A stretch of 64,000 bases of DNA from Methanobrevibacter sp. (lineage in GTDB: Archaea; Methanobacteriota; Methanobacteria; Methanobacteriales; Methanobacteriaceae): the NCBI GenBank assembly GCA_045628665.1, contig JAZQPS010000017.1:106505-170504 (forward strand). The letters run 5' to 3'. Positions within the stretch are counted from its first letter, which is position 1. Every line of letters starts with the position of its first letter. The notes below the pieces were generated by a model. That model was given only the letters and a program-made list of their open reading frames with translations. It did not search any database and was not told the origin of the DNA. A program made the position numbers and the translations under genes. Shown in pieces: positions 55,562 to 64,000 of the stretch.

Positions 55562-56266
55562 ATGAATATTTCAAAAGAGGATAAAAAAGACACATATATT
55601 ATTATTCCAGCTTATAATGAAGAAACTAGAATTAAGCCTGTAGTTACAGAAATAGCTAATTTAGGTTATAATATGATAATTATAAATGATGGGTCTTCTG
55701 ATAATACTTTACAAATATTAAAAGATGTTAAAAAAGAATTTCCATCTCAAATTCATATTTATTCTCATGTTATTAACAGAGGTGTTGGTCTTGCAATGCA
55801 AACAGGGTTTGCTGCTGTTTTGAAATATAATCCAAAATATATTGTCAATATTGATGCTGATGGTCAACATGATGTTAAAGATATTGAAAAAGTTTTAGAG
55901 CCTTTAACTAGTGGTCGTGTTGATGCTGTTATTGGAGCACGTCCTTTAGAGGATATGCCCTTTTCCAAAAACTTTGCAAATACTGTAATGAATATATTAA
56001 CTCGTATATTTTATAATGCAGATGTAAGTGACTCTCAAACTGGTTTTAGAGCTTTAACTATTGATGCATTAAATAAAATTGATATTAATGCACATGGTTA
56101 TTTAATCTCATCTGAATTTATTCGTGAAATTCATGATAATGATATTTCATTTGAAGAGGTTGAAATAAAAACAATATATAATCCTGAAACCCAACATAAA
56201 GGAACTAATTTCAAAGTAGGCATTAAAATAATGATAACTATGATGAGACATAGATTGTTTGATTAA
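55562..56266 (+). CDS. GT2 glycosyltransferase (DPM1-like)
   Basis: IPAYNEE, NDGSSD, DADGQH, DSQTGFRA. Confidence 0.9.
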   Translation: MNISKEDKKDTYIIIPAYNEETRIKPVVTEIANLGYNMIIINDGSSDNTLQILKDVKKEFPSQIHIYSHVINRGVGLAMQTGFAAVLKYNPKYIVNIDADGQHDVKDIEKVLEPLTSGRVDAVIGARPLEDMPFSKNFANTVMNILTRIFYNADVSDSQTGFRALTIDALNKIDINAHGYLISSEFIREIHDNDISFEEVEIKTIYNPETQHKGTNFKVGIKIMITMMRHRLFD

Positions 56267-56276
56267 AGGTGTAAAA

Positions 56277-56609
56277 ATGTTTGTTTATTCTTACTTATTT
56301 ACAATTGTGGCTATTTTAGTATTGATTTATGCAATTATTAGATATAAGATGCATAGAATTTCTTTATCAAGTGCAATAGTTTTATCTGTAGCTATGCTCT
56401 TTATGATATTGTTTTCAATATTTCCAGATGCAAGTGGTCTTTTTGCTAAGTTATTAGGTATCTCTCGTGGGCTTGATTTTGTATTTATAGCAGCCATTGT
56501 TGTTTTATTGTTTATTATTGCAAAATTATACTTTATTATTGAGGATTTACAAAGAAATCTTGATGAAGTAGTTAAAATAACTGCTTTAAATAATGAAGTT
56601 GATGAATAA
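56277..56609 (+). CDS. DUF2304 membrane protein
   Basis: Three TMs, LGISRGLD; follows the GT2 gene. Confidence 0.8.
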   Translation: MFVYSYLFTIVAILVLIYAIIRYKMHRISLSSAIVLSVAMLFMILFSIFPDASGLFAKLLGISRGLDFVFIAAIVVLLFIIAKLYFIIEDLQRNLDEVVKITALNNEVDE

Positions 56610-56636
56610 TTATTTTTTTTTAAATTGAGGAATTTA

Positions 56637-57308
56637 ATGATATATTTTAGAGGATGTACTGCACGTGAAAGAGAATCTTCAATTGCTAAGGCTACTGAAG
56701 AATTATTAAACTTAGCAAATGTGGATTATCATATTTTAGATAATGAAAACTGTTGTGGTTCAGTTCTTTTAAGAACTGGATTTATTAAAGAAGCTAAAGA
56801 ACAAATTAATAAAAATACTGCTTTACTTAAAGATGAAACTATCTTAACTTCTTGTGCAGGTTGTTATAAAACTCTTAGTGAAGATTATGAAGGTTTAGAG
56901 GTTATTCATATCTCTCAACTTTTAGATTCTTTAATAAAAGAGGGTAAATTAAATTTAAATAAAACTAATTTAGATGTTACTTATCATGATTCTTGTCATT
57001 TATCTAGACATTGTGGTATTGTTGAAGAACCTCGTAATGTAATTAAAAAAGTAGCTAATTTAATTGAAATGGATAATATTAAAGATAAAGGATTATGTTG
57101 TGGTGCTGGTGGTGGAGTAAAATCGGCTTTTCCAGAAATTGCTAATGTTTTAGCTGAAAATAAATTGGAAGAAGCTAAAAGTACCAATGCAGAACTATTA
57201 ATTACTGCTTGTCCATTTTGTAAATTAAACTTAAAAAATGAAGATTTAGATGTTTTAGATTTAACTGAATTTTTAATTAAATATGGTGATAATTATGAAT
57301 CAAAATGA
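56637..57308 (+). CDS. CCG-domain Fe-S protein (LutA/HdrB-like)
   Basis: ENCCG, CAGC, TYHDSCHL, CCGAGGG, ACPFC. Confidence 0.88.
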   Translation: MIYFRGCTARERESSIAKATEELLNLANVDYHILDNENCCGSVLLRTGFIKEAKEQINKNTALLKDETILTSCAGCYKTLSEDYEGLEVIHISQLLDSLIKEGKLNLNKTNLDVTYHDSCHLSRHCGIVEEPRNVIKKVANLIEMDNIKDKGLCCGAGGGVKSAFPEIANVLAENKLEEAKSTNAELLITACPFCKLNLKNEDLDVLDLTEFLIKYGDNYESK

Positions 57309-58497
57309 ATTAGAGATTATGAGGAATTCATTTAAAACTGTTAAATCACGTTCTGATCAGTTAAAATCTTCACCTAAAGTTAAAAAACTTCAAAAAAAAG
57401 TTCAAGAATTTAAAAAAGAATCTATTGAAAATAATAAAGAACTAAAAGAATTAGCTATACAAACATTTACTTCTAATGGATTTGAAGTTTTATTAGCTAA
57501 AAATAATCAAGAAGCTTGTAATTTGATTTATGATTTAATTAAAAATAATTCTAATAAAAAGATTGCTAAAGCTAAATCTAATACATTAGGTGAAATTAAT
57601 TTTAAAAAGTTTATATCTCAGAAAGGTTTTGAAGTTATTGAAACAGATTTAGGAGATAGGATATTACAACTTAAAGAGAATGATAATAAACCTGTTCATC
57701 CAACAGGACCTGCATCTCATTTGGATGTTAAAGCGATTGCTAATATTATCAATAAAGCAAAAGATACTAATCTTCCACCTGAACATCATAAAATTTTAGA
57801 ATATGTTCGAGATGAGGTGCTTTCTGAAATTTCTACATCTGAAATAGGTATTTCTGGTGCAAATGTATTAGCAGCTGAAGAAGGTTCAGCAGTTATAGTT
57901 CACAATGAGGGAAATGTATCTCTTGTTGCCTCTAAAAAATTACATATTATTGTTGCAGGTATTGATAAAATTGTTCCTACAATTGAGGATGCAATATCTC
58001 TTGTAAAATTAGAAACCGTCTTTGCTACAGGTAAATTTGTTACTAGTTATATTAATGTTATTTCAGGACCTTCAAAAACAGCTGATATTGAGAAAAAATT
58101 ACTTAAAGATATGTATGGAGTACATAGAATAGTTCTTATTTTATTGGATAATGGTAGATCTGATGCATTAGATGAATGTTTGTGGTGCATTGGATGTGGA
58201 AATTGTTTAATACATTGCCCAGTATATAATGCTGTAGGAAATGAATTTGGTTTTAATAACTATTTAGGTGGTCGTGGAGTAGCTATGAGTAAATTCATTG
58301 AAGATGAAGAGACTAGCTATAATTCTGGATTATATATGTGTACTTTATGTGGTTTATGTACTTTAAATTGTCCAACATCAATTCCAACTAATGAATTAAT
58401 TGAAAATATTCGTAAATCCTCTACTGAGGCGGGGTTTTATCCTAAAGTTCATGAAAAAATAAGTAAAAATGTTGTAGATAATAATTCACCATATTAA
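57295..58497 (+). CDS. LUD-domain + 4Fe-4S protein (LutB-like)
   Basis: ETDLGD, NEGN, SGPSKTADIE, CIGCGNCLIHCP, CTLCGLC. Confidence 0.88.
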   Translation: MNQNELEIMRNSFKTVKSRSDQLKSSPKVKKLQKKVQEFKKESIENNKELKELAIQTFTSNGFEVLLAKNNQEACNLIYDLIKNNSNKKIAKAKSNTLGEINFKKFISQKGFEVIETDLGDRILQLKENDNKPVHPTGPASHLDVKAIANIINKAKDTNLPPEHHKILEYVRDEVLSEISTSEIGISGANVLAAEEGSAVIVHNEGNVSLVASKKLHIIVAGIDKIVPTIEDAISLVKLETVFATGKFVTSYINVISGPSKTADIEKKLLKDMYGVHRIVLILLDNGRSDALDECLWCIGCGNCLIHCPVYNAVGNEFGFNNYLGGRGVAMSKFIEDEETSYNSGLYMCTLCGLCTLNCPTSIPTNELIENIRKSSTEAGFYPKVHEKISKNVVDNNSPY

Positions 58498-58593
58498 TTT
58501 TTTTATTTAATAAATACCTTTTTATAATGATTTATAACATATATATACATAATTGATAATTTTTATATAAATTATACAATATGAGGAATAAGT

Positions 58594-59721
58594 ATGAATA
58601 AAAGTGATTTAACTAGAGATTACAATATGTTAAAAGGACCACTCGCTAGCTTAGGTTATGACTGGTGGTGGCATTCTTTAACAGGATACAACAGGAAAAC
58701 AGGTGAAGCAAGACAGTTTTTTATTGAATACTTTATCTGTAATCCTGCTTTAGCTGAAGATGAACCAACTTTGGGTCAACTTCCTGCTAATAAACAAGCT
58801 GGTAAAAAACCATCCTACTTTATGATGAAAGTAGGTGCATGGGGAAAAGACAAAAAACAAGTACATATCTTCTACTCAATGAAAGATTTCCATTGTCCTG
58901 ATAATGAATTAAATATTACTGTAGGGCCATGTTCTTTAACTGAAACTCATATGAAAGGAGTTTGTAAAGTAACTGAACAAGAAGCACGTGATCATCCTGA
59001 ATACATGTGTGATGCAGGTGATTTTAAATGGGATATTGAAATTGATAAACAAATTTCTTTCAATGTAGGTTATGGTGCAAATGCATTATTTAGGAAATTA
59101 AATGCTTTTAATATGTTTTGGCATGCAGAAGGAATTAAAACAATGTATAAAGGAACCATTGAATGTGATGGGGAAATTTATGATATAATTCCTGAAAAAT
59201 CATATGGTTATTCTGATAAAAATTGGGGTAAAGATTTTACTAGTCCTTGGTTATGGATTTCCAGTTGTAATATAACAAGTTTAATTTCTGGTAAAAAACT
59301 TGAAAATTCTGCTTTTGAAGCTGGTGGAGGAACACCAATTGTTTTTGGAATTAAAATTCCTCGTAAATTACTCATTGGATTCTATTATGAAGGTAAAATG
59401 TATGAATATAACTTTGCAAGGTTTTGGAACAATGTAAAAATTGATTTCGACTTTGAAGAAGGAGATGAATTAAATACTTGGCATGTAAATGCAAGTAACT
59501 GGAATAGTAGAATGGAATTAGTTTTATATTGTAAAACTGATGAAATGTTACATATTAATTACGAAGCTCCTGATGGTGCTAAAAATCATAATCGTTTATG
59601 GAATGGTGGTAACGGTTATGGTGAAATCAAATTATTCAAGAAAAACGGTGAACTTATAGACCATGTCAAAATCGAAAATACCGGTTGTGAGTTTGGTTTG
59701 TACGATGGTGAAACAGAATGA
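58594..59721 (+). CDS. Tocopherol cyclase-like protein
   Basis: GYDWWW, FFIEYF, MFWHAEG, GYSDKNWGKDF, PWLWISS. Confidence 0.75.
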   Translation: MNKSDLTRDYNMLKGPLASLGYDWWWHSLTGYNRKTGEARQFFIEYFICNPALAEDEPTLGQLPANKQAGKKPSYFMMKVGAWGKDKKQVHIFYSMKDFHCPDNELNITVGPCSLTETHMKGVCKVTEQEARDHPEYMCDAGDFKWDIEIDKQISFNVGYGANALFRKLNAFNMFWHAEGIKTMYKGTIECDGEIYDIIPEKSYGYSDKNWGKDFTSPWLWISSCNITSLISGKKLENSAFEAGGGTPIVFGIKIPRKLLIGFYYEGKMYEYNFARFWNNVKIDFDFEEGDELNTWHVNASNWNSRMELVLYCKTDEMLHINYEAPDGAKNHNRLWNGGNGYGEIKLFKKNGELIDHVKIENTGCEFGLYDGETE

Positions 59722-60434
59722 ATATTACTGGATTAGATATTGGCTTAATTGCATTAGTATACTTCTATGTAGTTGTAATATTCATTGCTGCTGAAAAATT
59801 ATTAAAAGATAGGCCTACATTAAGTAGAAAATTCGTCCATATTATGGTCGGAAACATGATTTTTGTAATGCCTTTCTTTTCCGAAGCACTTGTAATGATT
59901 CTATTTATTACATTACCTGCTACAATAGCAGTATTCTTCTTAACTGAATATTCACCAATTAAGATTGAAAATACTGTTACTGATGCAGGACATGCTTTAG
60001 GATTATTCTATTATGCACTTGTTTGGACTATTTTACTTGTCATATTTGGTGTATTCTCTAAGAACCTTTGGGTTGTTGCTTTAGGTGTAGGTGCACTTGT
60101 ATATGGTGATGGATTCGCTTCATTAATCGGTGCTAAATTTGGTAGGATTAAATACAAAATTTCTGGTGGAGAAAAATCATTAGAAGGTTCTCTTTCCATG
60201 TTTGTGGTTGTAGGTGTTATGAGTGTATTTATTTGGATGTTTTATGTTGCAATTGGATATCCAGGTATTCCTAAATTTAACTTTACAGCAATATTAGTTA
60301 TTTCAGCATTAGCAGCTATTGTAGAAGCAGTTTCACCTGGTGAAATAGATAATGTATCAGTTTCAGGTATTACTGTTGTTGCATATTATGTTTTAGCTTT
60401 AATCTCAAACATCTCTTTTTTATTTTTTTTATAA
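59718..60434 (+). CDS. Phytol/dolichol kinase (CTP-dependent polyprenol kinase) family
   Basis: SRKFVHI, GDGFASLIGAKFG, KSLEGSL, DNV; ATGA overlap with the upstream gene. Confidence 0.85.
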   Translation: MNITGLDIGLIALVYFYVVVIFIAAEKLLKDRPTLSRKFVHIMVGNMIFVMPFFSEALVMILFITLPATIAVFFLTEYSPIKIENTVTDAGHALGLFYYALVWTILLVIFGVFSKNLWVVALGVGALVYGDGFASLIGAKFGRIKYKISGGEKSLEGSLSMFVVVGVMSVFIWMFYVAIGYPGIPKFNFTAILVISALAAIVEAVSPGEIDNVSVSGITVVAYYVLALISNISFLFFL

Positions 60435-60445
60435 AAGGTGAAATA

Positions 60446-61675
60446 ATGTCTATTAATATTAATGAGATTAAGAATTTTATTTCTAATAATCAAGAAGAAT
60501 ATATCAAATTACAATCTATTTTAACTTCAGAAGTAGCGCTTGCTCCTGAACATGGAGGAGATGGTGAACTTAAAAAATGTATTAAACTTACTAATTTTTT
60601 AAAAGAGCATGGTTTTAGTAATTTAGAAAGAATTGATATTCCTGATGGCCGTGTTTCAAGTAAAATAAGACCAAATTTAATAGTTACTATTGAAGGAGAA
60701 GAAGATGATTATTCTATATGGATAATTTCTCATATGGATATTGTACCTGATGGAAATTTAGAGTTATGGGATAGTGATCCATTTCAAGTAATTCAAAAGG
60801 ATGGAAAATTATTTGGTCGTGGTGTAGAAGATAATCAACAAGGTATTGTATCTTCATTTGCTACTGCTTGGGCATATATTTCTTTAGGAATTAAACCTAA
60901 ACATACATTGAAACTTTTATTTGTTTCTGATGAAGAAAATGGTAGTGAGAAGGGCATGATATGGCTTTTAAATAATACAGATATCTTTAAAAAGGAAGAT
61001 TTAATCTTAATTCCTGATGGTGGGGATTCTCTTGGTGAAACAATATCAATTGCTGAAAAATCTATAATTTGGTTAGAATTTAATGTATTTGGTAAACAAG
61101 GACATGCTTCAATTCCTCATGTAGGTATTAATGCATGTTTTGCTGCTAGTCATCTTATAATAAGATTAAATCAAGAATTATGTTCACATTTTAATAAGGA
61201 AAATGAATTGTTTTCCCCTAAATTTTCTACTTTTGAACCTACTATGCGTAAAAATAATGTTGAAGGGATAAATATTATTTCTGGTAAAGATACTTTTTAC
61301 TTTGATTGTAGAATTTTACCTGAATATTCACCAAATGATGTTTTAGACCTCGTTAATGAGATTTGTAATTCATTTGAAGAAGAGTTTTCAGTTAAAGTTA
61401 CATATGATATTAAAATGCTTGTTGAATCTCCATCAACAGATAAGAATAGTTTGATTGTTAAATTGTTATCACAGTCTCTTAAAGAAGTTCACGGGATTGA
61501 TTCTAAATTAATAGGAATGTCTGGTGGAACAGTAGCTTCAGATTTTCGTAAAAGAGGTTTTAATCCTGTAGTATGGGCTACTGTTGATGCTACTGCACAT
61601 AGTCCAAACGAATATTGTGTTATTAACAATATTGTTAAAGATGCTCAAACTATTGCTGTATTAATTAGTAAATAA
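60446..61675 (+). CDS. M20 metallohydrolase (DapE/ArgE-like)
   Basis: SHMDIVP, GRGVEDN, DEENGS, GKQGHAS, AHSPNEY. Confidence 0.9.
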   Translation: MSININEIKNFISNNQEEYIKLQSILTSEVALAPEHGGDGELKKCIKLTNFLKEHGFSNLERIDIPDGRVSSKIRPNLIVTIEGEEDDYSIWIISHMDIVPDGNLELWDSDPFQVIQKDGKLFGRGVEDNQQGIVSSFATAWAYISLGIKPKHTLKLLFVSDEENGSEKGMIWLLNNTDIFKKEDLILIPDGGDSLGETISIAEKSIIWLEFNVFGKQGHASIPHVGINACFAASHLIIRLNQELCSHFNKENELFSPKFSTFEPTMRKNNVEGINIISGKDTFYFDCRILPEYSPNDVLDLVNEICNSFEEEFSVKVTYDIKMLVESPSTDKNSLIVKLLSQSLKEVHGIDSKLIGMSGGTVASDFRKRGFNPVVWATVDATAHSPNEYCVINNIVKDAQTIAVLISK

Positions 61676-61786
61676 CCTTAAATTTTATTAAATTCTATTT
61701 TTTTGCATATATTTATTAATAAAGAAAAAGTAAAATAAACATATTATATTTAAATATATTATTAAGAATTTTATTGGAGGAATTAT

Positions 61787-62506
61787 ATGCTTCTATTAAT
61801 AAGTCCTATAAATCATGAAGAAGCTCTTGAATCTATTAAAGGTGGAGCAGATATTGTTGATGTGAAAAATCCTAAAGAAGGTTCTTTAGGTGCTAATTTC
61901 CCTTGGGTAATTAAAGAAATTAGGGAACTTACTCCTGAAGATAAACTTGTAAGTGCTACTTTAGGGGATGTACCTTATAAACCAGGTACTGTTTCACTTG
62001 CAGCAATGGGTGCTCATGTTTGTGGAGCAGATTACATTAAAGTAGGATTATATGGAACAAAAAATTATGAAGAAGCAGTTGAAGTAATGGAAAATGTAGT
62101 AAAAACAATTCAAAGTCAAAGTGAGGATACAATTGTTGTAGCAGCAGGTTATGCTGATGCAGAACGTGTTGGTGCTGTAGAACCTATGGAAATTCCAAAA
62201 ATAGCTAAAGATGCTGGTTGTGATTTAGCGATGTTAGATACTGCTGTTAAAGATGGAAAAACTTTATTCGATTATTTAAGTATTGAAGATTTAGAACAAT
62301 TTGTTAAAGAAGCTCAAAGTTATGGGTTATTAACTGCTCTTGCAGGGTCTATTAAAAAAGATCAATTAAAACTTTTAGCTGATATTGGTTGTGATGTTGT
62401 AGGTATTAGAGGAGCTGCTTGTGTTGGAGGAGACCGTAATACTGGTAAGATTCATCACACTGCAGTTGCTGAGCTAAAAGAATTATGTGATTCTTTCAAA
62501 AATTAA
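61787..62506 (+). CDS. mfnB: (5-formylfuran-3-yl)methyl phosphate synthase (methanofuran)
   Basis: [41 protein letters not shown]. Confidence 0.92.
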   Translation: MLLLISPINHEEALESIKGGADIVDVKNPKEGSLGANFPWVIKEIRELTPEDKLVSATLGDVPYKPGTVSLAAMGAHVCGADYIKVGLYGTKNYEEAVEVMENVVKTIQSQSEDTIVVAAGYADAERVGAVEPMEIPKIAKDAGCDLAMLDTAVKDGKTLFDYLSIEDLEQFVKEAQSYGLLTALAGSIKKDQLKLLADIGCDVVGIRGAACVGGDRNTGKIHHTAVAELKELCDSFKN

Positions 62507-62521
62507 GTTTATGGTGTAACA

Positions 62522-63997
62522 ATGTTTTCAAAAAAAGTACAAGAAGCTCCGTTAGCTTTTACATTTGACGATTTCTTACTTGCTCCTAATGCAAGCTATG
62601 TCGAAGCTAAGAATGTTAAAACAAACGTTTCATTAGGAAAAGGTATTAATCTGTCTATTCCAATTATCAGTGCAGCTATGGATACTGTAACTGAAGCTGA
62701 ATTAGCTATTGCAATGGCTCAAGAAGGTGGTATTGGAGTAATTCACAGAAATTTATCTCAAGAACAACAAGTAGCAGAAGTTCAAAATGTTAAATCTGCT
62801 CAAGAATTAACTATTCGTGATGTTGTAACTATCAATCCTGATTCCACTATTAAAGAAGTTTGCGATATAATGCAAAATGAATCTATTAGTGGTCTTCCTG
62901 TAATGGATAATGATGAAATTATTGGAATTATTTCAAAAAGAGATATTAATCCTGTTATCAAATCTGGCGAAGAAAAATTTGTTAAAGATATAATGACTTC
63001 TGAAGTAGTAACTATTGAAGAACCAATCACTGCTGAAGAAGCTTTAAATATTGCTTATGAAAATAAAGTAGAAAGACTTCCTGTACTTCGTGATGGAAAA
63101 CTTGTTGGAATTATTACCATTAAAGATATTTTAAACAGAGATAAACATCCTAATGCTGCTCGTGATGCTAAAGGTAACTATTTAGTTGCTGCAGCAGTTG
63201 GTCCATTTGATTTGGATAGAGCAATGGCTCTTGATCAAGCTGGAGCAGATATTATTTCTGTTGATTGTGCTCATGCACATAATATGAATGTAGTTGACTT
63301 TACTGAAACTATTAAAGATAATATAGATGCACATCTTTGTGTTGGAAATATTGCAACTAAAGAAGCTGCAGAAGATTTAATATCTAAAGGAGTAGATGGA
63401 TTAAAAGTAGGTATTGGTCCTGGATCCATTTGTACTACTCGTATTGTAGCAGGTGTAGGTGTTCCACAACTTACAGCTATATCACAAGTTGCTGATGCAG
63501 CAGCTGATTATGATGTTCCTGTTATTGCAGATGGTGGAATTAAATTCTCTGGAGATATTGCTAAAGCTATTGGTGCTGGTGCAGATGCTGTTATGTTAGG
63601 TAATTTACTTGCAGCTAGTTATGAAGCTCCTGCTGATGTTGTTGTAATGAATGGTAAAAAATACAAACAATATCGTGGAATGGGTTCTATTGGTGCAATG
63701 ACTGGTGGAGCTGGTGGAGCCGCTGATAGATACTTCCAAGAATCTAAGATGAAACACACTAAATTAGTTGCAGAAGGAATTGAAGGTGCTGTTCCTTATA
63801 AAGGAACTATTGCTGAGATTTTATTCCAACTTTTAGGTGGTTTAAAAGCATCTATGGGATACTGTGGTTCTAAAGATATTAAAGAAATGCAACAAAAAGC
63901 TAGATTTGTTAGAATCACTTCAAGTGGAATTAAAGAATCTCACCCACATGATTTATTAATTACTAATGAAAGTCCTAACTATCCAACCCATGATTAG
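62522..63997 (+). CDS. guaB: IMP dehydrogenase
   Basis: SAAMDTVTE, CBS pair, GIGPGSICTTR, ADGG, YRGMGS, SHPHD. Confidence 0.97.
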   Translation: MFSKKVQEAPLAFTFDDFLLAPNASYVEAKNVKTNVSLGKGINLSIPIISAAMDTVTEAELAIAMAQEGGIGVIHRNLSQEQQVAEVQNVKSAQELTIRDVVTINPDSTIKEVCDIMQNESISGLPVMDNDEIIGIISKRDINPVIKSGEEKFVKDIMTSEVVTIEEPITAEEALNIAYENKVERLPVLRDGKLVGIITIKDILNRDKHPNAARDAKGNYLVAAAVGPFDLDRAMALDQAGADIISVDCAHAHNMNVVDFTETIKDNIDAHLCVGNIATKEAAEDLISKGVDGLKVGIGPGSICTTRIVAGVGVPQLTAISQVADAAADYDVPVIADGGIKFSGDIAKAIGAGADAVMLGNLLAASYEAPADVVVMNGKKYKQYRGMGSIGAMTGGAGGAADRYFQESKMKHTKLVAEGIEGAVPYKGTIAEILFQLLGGLKASMGYCGSKDIKEMQQKARFVRITSSGIKESHPHDLLITNESPNYPTHD

Positions 63998-64000
63998 TTG

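Overview
This is a very AT-rich archaeal chromosome segment. Marker genes (comC, mfnB, archaeal ribC, GGGP synthase, phosphopantothenate synthetase, rpl40e, tsr3, pseudomurein-binding repeats, MTH538-like protein) point to Methanobacteriales, most likely a Methanobrevibacter-like methanogen (inference). Most of the window is housekeeping: Met/Thr biosynthesis, the nurA-herA-mre11-rad50 repair cluster, and CoA, CoM, methanofuran and riboflavin steps. It also carries several bacterial-type genes (nagB, rnc, nadR-like, DUF1846, tocopherol-cyclase-like). I saw no rRNA, tRNA, IS element or cas gene. Two things stand out. (1) An adhesin-like gene is interrupted by a 36-bp unrelated insert flanked by a 31-bp duplication of the gene's own sequence (26338-26435). 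Removing 67 bp restores the frame, and the geometry matches ectopic Cas1-Cas2 spacer integration (a nascent one-spacer 'neo-CRISPR'). (2) About 11 non-essential genes carry frameshifts and/or nonsense codons, often two per gene, while long core genes are intact, which suggests real, ongoing genome erosion. Product calls come from motif recognition only; no database searches were run.
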